From assembly GCF_009914755.1 (NCBI RefSeq), contig NC_060925.1: a stretch of 64,000 nucleotides of DNA; one strand, written 5' to 3'. Under the pieces are notes generated by a model. The model was not told the DNA's origin and did no database searches. It saw only the letters and a list, made by a program, of their open reading frames with translations. The stretch is from the human T2T-CHM13v2.0 reference genome, Homo sapiens. The translations under genes were made by a program, and so were the position numbers. Below are positions 63,352 to 64,000 of the stretch, piece by piece (the stretch's first letter is position 1; every line of letters starts with the position of its first letter).

Positions 63352-64000
63352 TATCGCTTGAAGTTTTACAATATTTTCTTATTACTTTAACATTTCAGCT
63401 TGATAACAGTGTTCTCAATACTGAGCCAAATTACACAGTGATAAAAATAAAGATTGTCTTGCTTATCATGATTTGATTCAATTATTTGTATTATTTTGTA
63501 AACGTTTATTTTACAAAGTAAAGTATTCTTTCTAATTTTCTGCCCCACTCTCACCCCATGTAACAACTATCTTTCTTTTTTTGATTTACAATCACTTTTT
63601 TTTTGGTCAAAAGTAAGTGGTTACTCTCCTCTATAAACACTGAGTACACCATTTCTTTCCTGACCAGTAAGGCAAACTATTCAATAGATAGTATTTTTCC
63701 AAAGATCCCAACAAGTATACAGTTTTCCGAAATCTATTACATCATCCGAACAAGAAACATTGTATTTAATTACATTTATTTTATTCCCAGAGTCCAATGA
63801 ATTCCTATGAATGAAAGTGTTTCATAAATACAATACTATAAACCACACCCTACTAGGTGTGGACATCCCATCTTTTCTTATGCTTAGGAACTAAGTAATT
63901 TAAGAGAACCTAAGATATTCTTTTCTTATAAGTTTCACAGAAAATTACATCTGTAGCATTTTAAAATATGACATTTATTATATATAAAAATAAACTATTT

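Larger units (their letters stand above)
48722..64000 (-). other. DENND1B: DENND1B intron (upstream exon lies beyond the window)
   Basis: Upstream of the 83-nt exon acceptor. No recognisable DENND1B coding exon. Repeat-rich. Confidence 0.8.

Overview
Primate, almost certainly human, genomic DNA. It is AT-rich, CpG-depleted and full of Alu, L1, L2, MIR and MaLR repeats. The window holds the convergent (tail-to-tail) 3' ends of two genes, recognisable as the 1q31.3 CRB1/DENND1B junction. On the + strand are the distal ~13.5 kb of the last CRB1 intron and the terminal CRB1 exon (13469 to ~14260), which encodes the transmembrane helix, the FERM-binding GTY motif and the PDZ-binding ERLI end. On the - strand are the last three coding exons of DENND1B (48721-48639, 47712-47496, 46740-46228), a ~5.7 kb 3' UTR ending near 40.5 kb, and part of the upstream intron (48722-64000). 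The ~26 kb intergenic gap is mostly transposon fossils: a TSD-bounded ~6.9 kb L1PB-type LINE, an old L1M with a nested L1 fragment, two MST solo LTRs, an MLT1 LTR and Alus. Almost all other ORFs in the supplied track are chance or repeat-derived. I found no convincing new multi-gene system. The best leads are small-scale: (i) an in-frame extension of the DENND1B penultimate exon that ends at a stop just before a strong alternative donor (NMD-escaping truncated isoform); (ii) a proximal poly(A) site ~54 nt after the DENND1B stop; (iii) a perfect 58-bp duplication with a templated-looking filler; (iv) an 89-bp dispersed duplication; (v) a 21-bp-stem hairpin carrying everted MAF/NRL half-sites; (vi) a strong CTCF motif. 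Repeat subfamily names and boundaries are by eye and approximate unless a TSD is quoted.
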